Shown piece after piece: positions 26,353 to 36,502 of a DNA stretch of 64,000 nucleotides. Position 1 is the first letter of the stretch. The number at the start of each line of letters is the position of its first letter. Source of the stretch: Cyanobium sp. NIES-981 (GTDB lineage: Bacteria > Cyanobacteriota > Cyanobacteriia > PCC-6307 > Cyanobiaceae); NCBI GenBank assembly GCA_943371215.1, contig CALRUA020000003.1:160456-224455 (forward strand), read 5' to 3'. The position numbers were made by a program, and so were the translations under genes. The notes beneath the pieces were generated by a model. It had not been told where the DNA came from. It made no database searches and saw nothing but the letters and a program-made list of their open reading frames with translations.

Positions 26353-26440
26353 GGGCCCGAGGCCACTCCAGAAATGGTGCACCATGGGGCACCATTTCTC
26401 CAGGCTGCTGATCGAGAGCCCCCGCCGCCCCCGCTCCGAA

Positions 26441-26815
26441 TTAGCGGGGCAGGAGTAGCTGCCTCACCCCCCAGTAGCCGAACAGCGCTAGAGCCAACGC
26501 CATGCCGCTGCGGCGTTGCCACGGCCGCCAGCGCGCCGGCAATAACCGTTGATGCCACAGGCTCCAGGCGGTCCACGCCAGCAGGCCAACCGCCACCGCG
26601 GGGCCGAAGGCATGCAGTTGCAGTGAGCTTGTGAGGTGCCCCTGCAGGGCTTCGGCGGTGGACCTGGTGAGAAAGCAGGTGGGGCATGGGATCCCCGTGA
26701 GCGCGCGGATCGGGCACGACCAGCCCGGTAGGGCCGGGTACCCACCCTTGAGCCAGAGGGCGCCAGTGAGTGCTCCTGGCAGCAAAAACCCCGCGTGGCG
26801 GAGCTGGCGAAACAA
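26441..26815 (-). CDS. DUF2752-like membrane protein
   Basis: 'CPIRALTGIPCPTCFLTRS' (CPxCGxTR-like motif) followed by TM helices. Confidence 0.6.
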   Translation of the reverse strand: MFRQLRHAGFLLPGALTGALWLKGGYPALPGWSCPIRALTGIPCPTCFLTRSTAEALQGHLTSSLQLHAFGPAVAVGLLAWTAWSLWHQRLLPARWRPWQRRSGMALALALFGYWGVRQLLLPR

Positions 26816-26861
26816 GCGATTCAGGCGGAGCTTGGGCTGAGGCCTTGGGCTGGGACGCAGA

Positions 26862-28046
26862 TCAGCGATCCACCGAGCCCATGATCACGTCGATCGAGCC
26901 GAGGATGGCCATGATGTCGGCCACCTTGGCCCCCTTGAGAATGTGGGGCAGGATCTGCAGGTTGCTGAAATCAGCGGCACGGATCTTGAAGCGCCAGGGC
27001 GTCACGTCGTCGTTGCCCTGGATGAACACCCCGACCTCGCCCTTGCCGGATTCGAGGCGCGTGTAGAGCTCGCCACTGGGAATCTTGAAGGTGGGGGCCA
27101 CCTTTTTGGCCACGATCTGATAGTCAAAACCTGCGAATTCACTCCCCTTGCCTTCAGCCATCCGACGGGCTTCGAGGTTTTCGGTGGGGCCTCCGGGGAT
27201 CATGGCGCAGGCCTGGCGCAGGATCTTGAGCGATTCGCGCATCTCCTGAATGCGCACCTGGTAGCGGGCGTAGCAGTCGCCCTCGGTCCGCCAGGCCACA
27301 TCCCACTCGAAGTCGTCGTAGCACTCGTAGTGATCCACTTTGCGCAGATCCCAGGGCACGCCTGAGGCGCGCAGCATCGGGCCCGACAGGCTCCAGTTGA
27401 TGGCCATCTCGCGGCTGATCACGCCAAGCCCTTCGATTCGGCGCCGGAAGATCGGATTGTTGGTGATCAGTTTTTCGTATTCATCGATCTTGGGGCCGAA
27501 CCAATCGCAGAAGTCCAGGCACTTCTCAAGCCAGCCGTAGGGCAGGTCTGCGGCCACCCCACCGATGCGGAAGTAGTTGTTGTTGATGAGCCGCTGGCCG
27601 GTGGCCGCTTCCCACAGGTCGTAGATCATCTCCCGCTCGCGGAAGATGTAGAAAAATGGTGTCTGGGCGCCCACATCGGCCAGGAAAGGCCCAAGCCAGA
27701 GCAGGTGGTTGGCGATGCGGTTGAGCTCCAGCATCAACACGCGGATGTAGCTGGCGCGCTTCGGCACCGGCACATCGGCCAGCCGCTCCGGGGCGTTCAC
27801 CACGATCGCCTCGTAGAACATGCCGGCCGCATAGTCCATGCGGCTCACGTAAGGCACGAACATCACGTTCGTGCGGTTCTCAGCGATCTTCTCCATGCCG
27901 CGGTGGAGGTAGCCGATCACCGGCTCGCAGTCCACCACGTCCTCGCCGTCGAGGGTCACCACGAGCCGCAGAACCCCGTGCATGGAGGGGTGATGGGGGC
28001 CGAAGTTCACCACCATCGGCTCCGTGCGCGTTTCCAGCTGCGTCAT
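26862..28046 (-). CDS. ndhH: NAD(P)H-quinone oxidoreductase subunit H
   Basis: '[48 protein letters not shown]', with the C-terminus ending 'IMGSVDR'. Confidence 0.95.
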   Translation of the reverse strand: MTQLETRTEPMVVNFGPHHPSMHGVLRLVVTLDGEDVVDCEPVIGYLHRGMEKIAENRTNVMFVPYVSRMDYAAGMFYEAIVVNAPERLADVPVPKRASYIRVLMLELNRIANHLLWLGPFLADVGAQTPFFYIFREREMIYDLWEAATGQRLINNNYFRIGGVAADLPYGWLEKCLDFCDWFGPKIDEYEKLITNNPIFRRRIEGLGVISREMAINWSLSGPMLRASGVPWDLRKVDHYECYDDFEWDVAWRTEGDCYARYQVRIQEMRESLKILRQACAMIPGGPTENLEARRMAEGKGSEFAGFDYQIVAKKVAPTFKIPSGELYTRLESGKGEVGVFIQGNDDVTPWRFKIRAADFSNLQILPHILKGAKVADIMAILGSIDVIMGSVDR

Positions 28047-28098
28047 GGGGCCGGGGCCTGAGGAATCGAATGCCGGGATCTTAGGAAGGAAGAGCCCG

Positions 28099-28995
28099 TT
28101 GCTTTGTCGGTCCCTGGCGCAGGTCTTCGATCACGTGCCGGTGCTGGCGGAGCAGGTGCTGGCCAGTTTCCAGGAGCTGCCGGCAGCGGGCGGCCTCCTC
28201 ATCGATTGCACCTTGGGGGGCGGAGGCCACAGCGCCTTGCTGTTGCAGGCCCATCCCCAGCTACGCCTGGTGGGTCTGGATCAGGACCCCACCGCCCGCG
28301 CCGCTGCTGCGGAGCGCCTGGCAGCCTTTGGCGATCGGGTCACGATCGTGGCCACCAACTTCGCTGATTACTGCCCCCCCGAGCCCGCTCTGGCGGTGTT
28401 GGCTGATCTGGGGGTGAGCAGTCCCCAATTGGATGTGGCGGCGCGGGGCTTCAGCTTCCGCAGCGACGGCCCGCTGGACATGCGCATGAACACCGAGGCC
28501 GGTGAAACGGCGGCGGCGCTGATCGAGCGCCTCGATGAAGCCGCCCTGGCGGATCTGATCTATGCCTATGGGGAGGAGCGGCTCTCCCGCCGCATTGCCC
28601 GAAAGGTCAAGCAGCACCTTGCCGAGCAGGGCCCCTTCACTGGCACTGCAGCATTGGCCTACGTGATCGCTGGCTGTTACCCCCCCAAGGCACGGCGGGG
28701 CCGTCTCCATCCCGCCACCCGCAGCTTTCAGGCCCTGCGCATTGCCGTGAACCAGGAGCTGGAGGTGCTGGATCGCCTGCTGGTTCAAGTGCCCGACTGG
28801 CTGCTGCCGGGTGGCCTGTTCGGCGTGATCAGCTTCCACTCACTGGAGGATCGCCGGGTGAAAACGGCGTTTGTGGGCGATGGGCGCCTCCAGCGCGTGA
28901 CCCGTAAACCCCTCACGGCCACGGAGGAGGAGGAAAGCTCCAACCCCCGCAGTCGCTCGGCAAAGTTGCGGGTCGCCCGTCGGCGCGAGCCCTGA
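28099..28995 (+). CDS. rsmH: 16S rRNA (cytosine1402-N4)-methyltransferase RsmH (MraW)
   Basis: '[10 protein letters not shown]', '[10 protein letters not shown]', '[10 protein letters not shown]' and '[11 protein letters not shown]'. I propose the TTG start at 28099. The ORF-track start at 28024 would overlap the ndhH start. Confidence 0.85.
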   Translation: MLCRSLAQVFDHVPVLAEQVLASFQELPAAGGLLIDCTLGGGGHSALLLQAHPQLRLVGLDQDPTARAAAAERLAAFGDRVTIVATNFADYCPPEPALAVLADLGVSSPQLDVAARGFSFRSDGPLDMRMNTEAGETAAALIERLDEAALADLIYAYGEERLSRRIARKVKQHLAEQGPFTGTAALAYVIAGCYPPKARRGRLHPATRSFQALRIAVNQELEVLDRLLVQVPDWLLPGGLFGVISFHSLEDRRVKTAFVGDGRLQRVTRKPLTATEEEESSNPRSRSAKLRVARRREP

Positions 28996-28998
28996 CCC

Positions 28999-29775
28999 TC
29001 AGCCCTCGGAGGCGGAGAGCAGGCCGGTGTGGTCCTGACTGCCGAAGAGCTGGCGGTAGGCGGCGGTGCTGATGCAGATCATCACGGGCACCACCACAAA
29101 CAGGCCGCCGTAGCTGAACAGGGCGGCGATGCCATGGATGATTGCTTCCACCATGGCGAGCCACAGCACCATCCACCAGCTGGGATTCACGCCTTTGAGG
29201 CCGGCCTGCAGGGTTTCAGTAGGACGCTTCACTCCGAACAGGGACAGCTGAATCAGGAACTTCTGGGTGATCAGGAACCAGATGTAGAAGATGCCGAACA
29301 CGATCACCGGCAGGGCGGTGAGGGCTGCATTCAGGTTGCCGAGGCCAGTGCCGATCAGCCCGGCGATGAGGGCCACGATGCCCACCACGATGGCCAGCAG
29401 GATGGTCGACAGCAGCAGGCGGCCACTGGCGGCCCCATCCCAGCGGGTGAAATGGCGGAAGGAGGGTTTGCTGCCCTCCAGGCTCAGCCAGGCCCCGCGG
29501 CTCAGGCCCACCACGGCCCAGAGGGCCACCACCACGTAACCCACCAGGCCCACCACCAAGCTGATGCCGGCGGCCACGGGGTGAAGCACGGCAGGTTCCG
29601 GCCCGTTCAGGCGCACGGCGCCGGCTACCAGCAGGGCGGCGAACGGAGCCATCACCACCAGCACCAACGCCTGGAACAGCAGGAAGGCCCAGGGGGCACG
29701 GCAGAAGGCGTGCCAGCCGTCTTCGACGGCCCGCAACACTTGAAGTTTGTTGGTGCCGGGGGTGGGAAGGCCCAT
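28999..29775 (-). CDS. Hypothetical multi-pass membrane protein
   Basis: 258 aa with about 6 hydrophobic segments. No family assigned confidently. Confidence 0.55.
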   Translation of the reverse strand: MGLPTPGTNKLQVLRAVEDGWHAFCRAPWAFLLFQALVLVVMAPFAALLVAGAVRLNGPEPAVLHPVAAGISLVVGLVGYVVVALWAVVGLSRGAWLSLEGSKPSFRHFTRWDGAASGRLLLSTILLAIVVGIVALIAGLIGTGLGNLNAALTALPVIVFGIFYIWFLITQKFLIQLSLFGVKRPTETLQAGLKGVNPSWWMVLWLAMVEAIIHGIAALFSYGGLFVVVPVMICISTAAYRQLFGSQDHTGLLSASEG

Positions 29776-29843
29776 GATCCATGCCGAGATGGTCAGAACG
29801 TAGCGATGGCCACGGTTTTTGCCAGGGGAGTTGTCAGGTTTTG

Positions 29844-30395
29844 ATGAGCAGCACCGATTGGGCCTGGTGGGCTGCCCTGCTGATCCAGGTGTTGGCCATC
29901 CCCGGCACCCTGTTCCCGGTGTTGCCTGGCCTGGTGCTGTTGCCCGTGGGTGCCCTGCTGTGGTGCTGGGTGGTGGGTTTTGCCGTGGGCTGGCCCACCC
30001 TGGCGCTGGCGGCGGTGTTGCTGCTTCTGGGCTGGGGCGCCGATCTGTTGGGAGTGCTGTTGGGGGCCGCTCGGCTGCAGGCCAGCCGCTGGGCCTACGT
30101 CGGCGCGGCCGCTGGCCTGGTGGTGGGCCTGGTGGGGCTGCTGCCGGCCCTGCCCGTGGGGGGTCCCTTGCTGGGGGCCCTGGTGGGGCCGTTGTTGGGA
30201 GCCTCCTTGGGGGAACTGTTGGCGGAACTGGGGGCGCGGCGCCGCGCCGGTGCCGACCTGTTACGCCGCTCCGCTGTGGTGGGGTTGGCGGTGGTGAGCG
30301 GCATGCTCGTGAGCAAGCTGGCCCAGGTGCTGCTGGCCCTGATTGGCGTGGCGGGCTTTGTGGTCCTCAGCCTCTGGGTGCCCGCAGGCGTGTAA
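29844..30395 (+). CDS. DUF456-like membrane protein
   Basis: 'WWAALLIQVLAIPGTLFPVLPGLVLL' and Gly/Leu-rich TM helices typical of the DUF456/YqgC family. Start at ATG 29844. Confidence 0.6.
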   Translation: MSSTDWAWWAALLIQVLAIPGTLFPVLPGLVLLPVGALLWCWVVGFAVGWPTLALAAVLLLLGWGADLLGVLLGAARLQASRWAYVGAAAGLVVGLVGLLPALPVGGPLLGALVGPLLGASLGELLAELGARRRAGADLLRRSAVVGLAVVSGMLVSKLAQVLLALIGVAGFVVLSLWVPAGV

Positions 30396-31539
30396 CGGCC
30401 TCCGTCACCGCCGCGATGGCCTGGTCGATCTCTGCCGCGCTGGTGGTGCGCCCCAGGCCAAAGCGAATCGAGGCCTCGGCTTCGGCGCGGCTCCGGCCGA
30501 GGGCGGCCAGCACGTGGGAGGGCGAACCACTGCTGCAGGCGGAGCCCCCGCTCACAGCCAGTTGATGGCGCAGGGAGCTGTGCAGCGCCGCCCCGTTCAC
30601 GCCGCCCACGCTCACGTTGAGGTTGTGGGCCAGCCGGGGGGTGGCGGCACCGTTGAGGCGGATGTCGCCGAGCTGCTCGAGCCCGGCCAGTAGCTGGTCC
30701 CGCAGGGCAGCGAGCCGCTCGGCACGGGCGTCGCGATCTGCGGCCGCCAGCTCCAGGGCTTTGGCCAGGCCCACAATCAGGGGCACCGGCAGCGTGCCCG
30801 CCCGCAGACCCCGCTCCTGGCCTCCGCCGTGCAGTTGGGGGGCCAGCACCACGTTGGGGGCGAGCACTAGGGCCCCGATGCCCTTGGGCCCGTAGAGCTT
30901 GTGTCCGCTGAAGCTCAGCAGGTGGATTCCCAGCGCGGCCGGCTGCAAGGGGATGTGCCCCACGGCCTGGGCCCCATCGCAGTGGAACAAAATCCCTCGG
31001 CGGCGGCAGAGGGCGCCGATGGCCGCCAGGGGCTGCAGCACGCCAATCTCGTTGTTGGCGGCCATCACGCTTACCGCCAGGGTGCTGGGTTGCAGGGCCG
31101 CCTCCAGCCCGGCCAGATCCACCAGGCCATCGCCATGCACGGGCAGCACGGTGAGTTCGAAGCCCAGCTGCGCCAGGTAGCGCAGGGGGTCGAGCACGGC
31201 CCGGTGCTCCGTGGCGAGGGTGATCAGATGGCGGCGCGAACCCCCCGCCGCCAGTTCGGCCTCCGCCAGGCCCTTGAGGGCGAGGTTGTTGGCCTCGGTG
31301 GCGCCACTGGTGAACACCACTGCTTCAGGGGCCACCCCCAGGTGGTTAGCCATCTGGGCACGGGCCTGCTCCACGGCGGCCGCCGCCAGCAGGCCGGGTC
31401 GGTGCAGGCGGCTGGCGGGATTGGCGAACTCGATGCCCCACCAGGGCGCCATCGCCACCACCACCGCCGGATCGCAGGGGGTGGTGGCCTGGTGATCGAG
31501 GTAGGTGACGGCAGCTGGCATGCCGCTCCATGCTGGCAA
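30367..31539 (-). CDS. Cysteine desulfurase (class V aminotransferase, NifS/IscS-like)
   Basis: 'YLDHQATTP', 'FTSGATEANNLALKG', 'SFSGHKLYGPKGIGAL' (PLP-Lys) and 'GGSACSSGS' (active-site Cys loop). Confidence 0.88.
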   Translation of the reverse strand: MPAWSGMPAAVTYLDHQATTPCDPAVVVAMAPWWGIEFANPASRLHRPGLLAAAAVEQARAQMANHLGVAPEAVVFTSGATEANNLALKGLAEAELAAGGSRRHLITLATEHRAVLDPLRYLAQLGFELTVLPVHGDGLVDLAGLEAALQPSTLAVSVMAANNEIGVLQPLAAIGALCRRRGILFHCDGAQAVGHIPLQPAALGIHLLSFSGHKLYGPKGIGALVLAPNVVLAPQLHGGGQERGLRAGTLPVPLIVGLAKALELAAADRDARAERLAALRDQLLAGLEQLGDIRLNGAATPRLAHNLNVSVGGVNGAALHSSLRHQLAVSGGSACSSGSPSHVLAALGRSRAEAEASIRFGLGRTTSAAEIDQAIAAVTEAVTRLRAPRG

Positions 31540-31562
31540 GCACGGCTGCTCCGCGCCCTCCC

Positions 31563-32075
31563 ATGGCTCGTTTTCTTACTCCCCTGGTGGCTCCGTGGCT
31601 GTTGGCGGTTGGTCTGGCGGCGGCGGCGGCTCCGGCCGATCAGGGCAGCCTCTCCAATCCCGAGGAGCAGCGCCCTAAGGGTCTGGTGCTGCTGCGGCAA
31701 TGGCAAACCATGGAGGGCGAGCATGCCATCGGCGTCTATGGCGCCAAGGTGGATCCGGCGGATGCGGCAGCCCGCACCATTGCGGTGTGGTTTGAAACCC
31801 CCACGGGTGTGAAGCTCGCCACTGATACCTTGCGTTGCAGTCCGGCGGCGCCCATGCGGCTCACCCGCCAAGGGCGGGCTTTGCTGATCAAGGAGCTCAA
31901 CCCCGGCGGCGGCGTGTCGGACGCCAACCGCCTCGATCATCAGATCTGGTGGGCGGCCTGTTTCCCAGAGCAAGCCGGTAAGGATCCCGCCACTCTGGGG
32001 GCCATGGCGCGCCAGCTGGGCTACTCCGGCCAGCTGCGCGAGCAGCAGCAGGTGCTTCCCGGCAACCCTCGATAG
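31563..32075 (+). CDS. Hypothetical secreted protein
   Basis: Leader 'MARFLTPLVAPWLLAVGLAAAAAPA'. No recognisable domain. Confidence 0.5.
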   Translation: MARFLTPLVAPWLLAVGLAAAAAPADQGSLSNPEEQRPKGLVLLRQWQTMEGEHAIGVYGAKVDPADAAARTIAVWFETPTGVKLATDTLRCSPAAPMRLTRQGRALLIKELNPGGGVSDANRLDHQIWWAACFPEQAGKDPATLGAMARQLGYSGQLREQQQVLPGNPR

Positions 32076-32111
32076 ATTGCGGCCACAGCCTTCGTGCACC
32101 CCAGCGGGCCC

Positions 32112-32861
32112 ATGAGCCTCGATCCCGATCTCCAGCCCGCCCCAGACGCCAGCGCCGAGCTGCCGGCTCCTTCCCCAGCGCGGCTGCTGCTGGTGGACGA
32201 CGAGCCCGGCCTGCGCACCGCTGTGCAGACCTACCTCGAAGACGAAGGCTTCCAGGTGACCACCGCCGTGGATGGAGAGGACGGCTGGACCAAGGCCCAG
32301 GAACTGCTGCCCGACCTGGTGATCAGCGACGTGATGATGCCCCGCCTCGATGGCTACGGGCTGCTCAAGAAGCTGCGTGCCGATGAGCGGCTCGGTGGCA
32401 CACCGGTGATCTTCCTCACCGCCAAGGGGATGACGGCCGATCGCATCGAGGGGTTTCAGGCCGGCGCCGACGATTACATCCCCAAGCCCTTCGATCCCGA
32501 TGAGTTGGTGGCCCGGGTGCACAACGTGGTGCGCCGTCAGGAGCGACTGCTGGCGGAGGCCGCCCGCTACGCCGATGCCGATATCGGCCAGATGGCCAAG
32601 CAGATCACGGAGATCCGCTCGATGCTCACCGGCAGTGGCTCGAAAAAGGCCGCCGGCCCCGTGCGCCACGAGTTCACCCCCCGCGAGGCCTCGGTGCTGC
32701 AGCTGGTAGCCGAGGGAATGATGAACAAGGAGATTGCAAGGCGGCTGGAAACGTCGATCCGCAATGTGGAGAAGTACGTGAGCCGCCTGTTCACCAAAAC
32801 CGGCACCGCCAGCCGCACGGAACTGGTGCGCTACGCCCTCGAACATGGCCTGGTGGACTGA
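32112..32861 (+). CDS. Two-component response regulator, REC + LuxR/NarL-type HTH
   Basis: 'RLLLVDDEPGLR', 'DLVISDVMMPRLDG', 'FLTAKG' and 'DDYIPKPF', then 'TPREASVLQLVAEGMMNKEIARRLETSIRNVEKYVSRLFTK'. No adjacent kinase. Confidence 0.88.
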   Translation: MSLDPDLQPAPDASAELPAPSPARLLLVDDEPGLRTAVQTYLEDEGFQVTTAVDGEDGWTKAQELLPDLVISDVMMPRLDGYGLLKKLRADERLGGTPVIFLTAKGMTADRIEGFQAGADDYIPKPFDPDELVARVHNVVRRQERLLAEAARYADADIGQMAKQITEIRSMLTGSGSKKAAGPVRHEFTPREASVLQLVAEGMMNKEIARRLETSIRNVEKYVSRLFTKTGTASRTELVRYALEHGLVD

Positions 32862-32866
32862 GCGGG

Positions 32867-33931
32867 TTGCCCGACACCCCGCAAGTCTTCCCCTCTGACT
32901 GGTTGCCGGCGGCCCTGAATCAGGGCCACATCTATCGCGATCGGGTGCGGCCGGAAGACCTGCCCACCAGTGCGGTGGATACCCCGCTGCTGGTGAGCGC
33001 CTTCTATGCCGCCCGCTACCGCCACTCGGATCGGGCGGTGTGGAGCGAGCGGCTGCTGGCCGGCGAGATCTGGTGGAACGGCCAACAGCTCCGGGCCGAT
33101 GGGCCCCTCGGTGCCGGCGATCGGCTGCAGTGGCATCGGCCCCCCTGGCAGGAGGCCGCCGTGCCGGTGCTGGCCCAGGGCGCCGTGGTGTTCGACGACG
33201 GCGACCTGCTGGTGCTCAACAAGCCCAGCGGCCTGCCGGTGCTGCCAGCCGGTGGCTTTCTCGCGCACACGTTGCTGGCCCAGCTGGAGCGGCTCTGGCC
33301 CGGCGCCCGGCCGGTGCATCGCCTGGGGCGCTTCACCAGCGGCCTGCTGGTGTGCGCCCGCCGACCGTCCACGCGGGCCTGGCTGAGTGCCCAGCTGCGG
33401 GAGAGTACGGGCGACGGCGCTGGCATACCCGCAGACCGGTGCCGCAAGCTCTATCGGGCTCTCACGGCCCCCTTGCCGCCTGACTGGTCGGTGGCCGAGA
33501 GCCGGCCCCTCACCACGGCCATCGGCCGCCGTCCCCATCCCCTGCTGGGGCAGATCTGGTGTGCTGTTCCCGCGGACGAACCCGGCGCCCTGGCGGCCAG
33601 CAGCCAACTCACCCTGCTGGAACGCCGCTCGGAGGCATGCATGGTGGAGGTGGCGATTGCCAGTGGCCGCCCCCATCAGATCCGGATTCACACGGCGGCC
33701 ATGGGGGCGCCGTTACTAGGAGATCCGCTGTATCTGCCTGGGGGTGCGGCCTGCCCGGAGGTGGTGCCTGGGGCCGGTGGCTATCGCCTCCATGCCCACC
33801 GTCTCCGGTTGGTCACCACGGCTGGAGAGCCCTTGGCCCTCGAGGCCCCGCTGCCGCCATACCTCGAGCGCTATGGACAGGGCCGCGGCGATGATCAGGC
33901 CCGCTCGAACGCGATCAAGCGAGAGAAGTAA
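32867..33931 (+). CDS. RluA-family pseudouridine synthase
   Basis: 'LLVLNKPSGLPVLP', catalytic 'VHRLGRFTSGLLVCAR', and 'GRPHQIRIHTAAMGAPLLGDPLY'. TTG start. Confidence 0.85.
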   Translation: MPDTPQVFPSDWLPAALNQGHIYRDRVRPEDLPTSAVDTPLLVSAFYAARYRHSDRAVWSERLLAGEIWWNGQQLRADGPLGAGDRLQWHRPPWQEAAVPVLAQGAVVFDDGDLLVLNKPSGLPVLPAGGFLAHTLLAQLERLWPGARPVHRLGRFTSGLLVCARRPSTRAWLSAQLRESTGDGAGIPADRCRKLYRALTAPLPPDWSVAESRPLTTAIGRRPHPLLGQIWCAVPADEPGALAASSQLTLLERRSEACMVEVAIASGRPHQIRIHTAAMGAPLLGDPLYLPGGAACPEVVPGAGGYRLHAHRLRLVTTAGEPLALEAPLPPYLERYGQGRGDDQARSNAIKREK

Positions 33932-34608
33932 AATGGTGCCTTGTTGAGGCTGCGGCGCACGGGCTTGAAGCCTGCTTCAGCCGCGGCGGCCACGATGCCG
34001 GCCTCTTTGAGGGTGTAGGCGCGGGTGGTCTTGCTGGGGCCGGGGAACAGCTGGCCGATCCCCTTGAGCAGCGCCAGCAGCGGCGTGTAGGGAGCAAAGC
34101 TCACGATCAGGTGGCGTTCCGCCATCGAGGCCAGGTGGCGCACCATCTCTTCAGCGGGCTCCTGGGGGTAGTGGATGAATACGTCCAGGCAGATCACCGT
34201 GTCGTAGCGGCCGCTGAGGCTCTCGAGATCGGAGGCCAGGAAGCTGATGCGGCCAGGGGCGATGCCGGCGCCGCCGGCGCGGCGCTCCGCTTCCTGCACC
34301 ATCGCGGCCGACAGATCAGAGGCGGCGATCGAGCCGGCGCCCAGCTGGGCGAGGGGCAGGGTGAGGCTGCCTACGCCGCAGCCGGCATCGCAGAAGCTGC
34401 GTGCGGCCAGGTTCCCCTGCTCCTGCAGCCAGGTCAGCACGTTGTCCACCGTTTTCTGGTGGCCGATGCGGATGTTGCGCTGCACCCGGTTCACGTCATC
34501 GCTTTCGCTGTAGATGCGGTTCCAGCGATCGAAGCCGGTGGTTTCGAAGTAACCCTTCACCTCAGCCTTTTCGGTCTGTTTGGCGTCTAGCAGCTGCTCG
34601 GCGGGCAT
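33895..34608 (-). CDS. chlM: Magnesium-protoporphyrin IX O-methyltransferase
   Basis: 'VKGYFETTGFDRWNRIYS', 'VRLGHQ'-type block 'NIRIGHQKTVDNVL', and SAM motif 'DAGCGVGSL'. Confidence 0.93.
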   Translation of the reverse strand: MPAEQLLDAKQTEKAEVKGYFETTGFDRWNRIYSESDDVNRVQRNIRIGHQKTVDNVLTWLQEQGNLAARSFCDAGCGVGSLTLPLAQLGAGSIAASDLSAAMVQEAERRAGGAGIAPGRISFLASDLESLSGRYDTVICLDVFIHYPQEPAEEMVRHLASMAERHLIVSFAPYTPLLALLKGIGQLFPGPSKTTRAYTLKEAGIVAAAAEAGFKPVRRSLNKAPFYFSRLIAFERA

Positions 34609-34649
34609 CGGGTTGGGCCTGGGCGTGGGGGATGTGGGGCGGATCCTAT

Positions 34650-35801
34650 TCAGGCCGCTCGTTGCCAGAGCAGGCCAGCGGCGTCGCGGCTCCAGCGCAG
34701 GGTCTCCTGCAGCGGCAGTCCCAACAGCAGCTGCTCGATGGGGCGGTTGTCCCCCAGCACCCGCCGCGGCAGCACCGTGGCGGCGGCGATGGCCAAGGGC
34801 GCGTCGCCACTCCAGCGGGCCAGTCGGCCCACGGCCTCCAGCAGTGGAAGGGTCACCCCTGCCAGGGTGCCGTCCTCGAGGCGGCAGCTGCCCTGCTCCA
34901 CGATTAGGGGCCGCTCATCCCAGCGGTGGGTGCCATCGGCCAGGCCGTAGGGCGCCAGGGCATCACTCACCAGCACCACCTGCTGGGGGAGCAGGCGCTG
35001 CAGCAGCACCGCCATGGAAGGGGCCACATGCACCCCATCGGCAATCAGCCCCAGGGCCACATCGCCCCGCAGAGCAGCGGCGGCAATGGGGCCAGGGGCC
35101 CGGTGGTGCAGGCCTGCCATGGCGTTGAAGGCATGGGTCACCATCCCCACACCGGCATGGAAGGCTGCTTCGGCCTGATGCTCGTTGGCTTCGCTGTGGC
35201 CCAGGCTCACCACAATGCCCTGGGCCCGTAGGGCCTCGATCACCTCGGCGGCTCCTTCCAGCTCCGGAGCCAGGGTCATCAGGTCGATGTCCTGCTCGAA
35301 GCCGCCGATGCGCTCCTGCAGGGCCGCCAGACTTGGCGGCGCCAGGTGCTGTTCTGGGTGGGCGCCCCGGCGCGCCCTGGCCAGGAACGGACCCTCCAGG
35401 TGGGCCCCCAGCAGCAGGCAGCGCCCGGGCCGGTGCGTCTCGCGGGCCTCCCGCAGCACCGCAAGGGCCTGGCGCAGGTCGGTCACACCGCAGGTGACCA
35501 GTGTGGGACAGATGGCCTCCACGCCGTCGCGCCAGAGCAGCTCCAGGAGCTCCAGCAGTCGGGGTAGATCACGGGCCGTGAGCTCCGGGAAGGCCAGGCC
35601 CAGGCCGCCGTTGATCTGTAGGTCGATGCCGGCGGGGCTGAGCCAGTCGCCCTGCCAGTCGTCGCCGGCGGCGCAGCTTCCCGGAGCCAGGGGCTCCACC
35701 ACGGTGATCTGCTGGTGGGCGTCGAGGCCCACCCGCCACTGCCGCGGGCTGCCGCCTGGAGGCATCGCCTCAGGCAGGCGGACATTGCTGAGCCAGCGCA
35801 T
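34650..35801 (-). CDS. nagA: N-acetylglucosamine-6-phosphate deacetylase
   Basis: 'GIDLQINGGLGLAF', 'GAHLEGPFL', 'VSLGHSEA', 'THAFNAM' and 'LIADGVHV'. Start at ATG 35801. Confidence 0.85.
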   Translation of the reverse strand: MRWLSNVRLPEAMPPGGSPRQWRVGLDAHQQITVVEPLAPGSCAAGDDWQGDWLSPAGIDLQINGGLGLAFPELTARDLPRLLELLELLWRDGVEAICPTLVTCGVTDLRQALAVLREARETHRPGRCLLLGAHLEGPFLARARRGAHPEQHLAPPSLAALQERIGGFEQDIDLMTLAPELEGAAEVIEALRAQGIVVSLGHSEANEHQAEAAFHAGVGMVTHAFNAMAGLHHRAPGPIAAAALRGDVALGLIADGVHVAPSMAVLLQRLLPQQVVLVSDALAPYGLADGTHRWDERPLIVEQGSCRLEDGTLAGVTLPLLEAVGRLARWSGDAPLAIAAATVLPRRVLGDNRPIEQLLLGLPLQETLRWSRDAAGLLWQRAA

Positions 35802-35866
35802 GGCGGTGCGGTTGAGGCCGGGGACGGGAGAATGCCATCCTCGCTGCCTTCTGGGGGGTCTTGCCC

Positions 35867-36409
35867 ATGGCCGATCACAGCACCGCATCCGCCACGCCGC
35901 GGGTGGCCGTGGTGATGGGCAGTGATTCCGATCTGCCCACCATGCAGCCGGCGGTGGAGATGCTCGAGCGCTTCGGCGTGGCCTGCGAGGTGCGGGTGCT
36001 CTCGGCCCACCGCACCCCCCTCGAGATGGTGGCCTTCGCCCAGCAGGCTGCAGGCCGCGGCTTCCAGGTGATCATTGCCGGCGCCGGTGGCGCTGCCCAC
36101 CTGCCGGGCATGGTGGCCTCGCTCACCACCCTGCCGGTGATCGGTGTGCCGGTGCAGACCCGGGCGCTCTCGGGGGTGGATTCGCTCCACTCGATCGTGC
36201 AGATGCCTGCGGGCATTCCCGTGGCCACCGTGGCCATCGGCAACGGGGCTAACGCGGGTCTGCTGGCCGCCCAGATCCTGGCCATTGCCGATGCGCCGCT
36301 GAGCGAGCGCGTGGCGGCTTACCGCCAGGGATTACACGATCAGGTGGTGGCCAAAGACGCCAAGTTGCTCGAGCTGGGCAGCGCTGCCTACCTGGCCCAG
36401 ATGCCCTAG
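35867..36409 (+). CDS. purE: N5-carboxyaminoimidazole ribonucleotide mutase
   Basis: '[14 protein letters not shown]', 'VLSAHRTP', '[16 protein letters not shown]' and 'PVIGVPV'. Confidence 0.93.
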   Translation: MADHSTASATPRVAVVMGSDSDLPTMQPAVEMLERFGVACEVRVLSAHRTPLEMVAFAQQAAGRGFQVIIAGAGGAAHLPGMVASLTTLPVIGVPVQTRALSGVDSLHSIVQMPAGIPVATVAIGNGANAGLLAAQILAIADAPLSERVAAYRQGLHDQVVAKDAKLLELGSAAYLAQMP

Positions 36410-36502
36410 GCCCGGAACTAACAGTCCTGCTGAATAGCGGCCGTTGCCTTGGCAGGCCTAGGCCCGGGCCGCCAAGCTGAGGGGCTAAGCCCCTGGACGC
36501 CC

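Noticed and set aside
31224-32846. 540-aa minus-strand ORF
   Set aside because: It spans three well-supported genes (cysteine desulfurase in another frame, the secreted protein, and the response regulator antisense). No motifs.
36479-36493. Hairpin AGGGGC-TAA-GCCCCT downstream of purE as an intrinsic terminator
   Set aside because: The stem is only 6 bp, there is no U-tract, and it ends just 9 nt before the AI-2E transporter ATG. I cannot tell a terminator from chance GC-rich pairing, so I did not list it as a feature.
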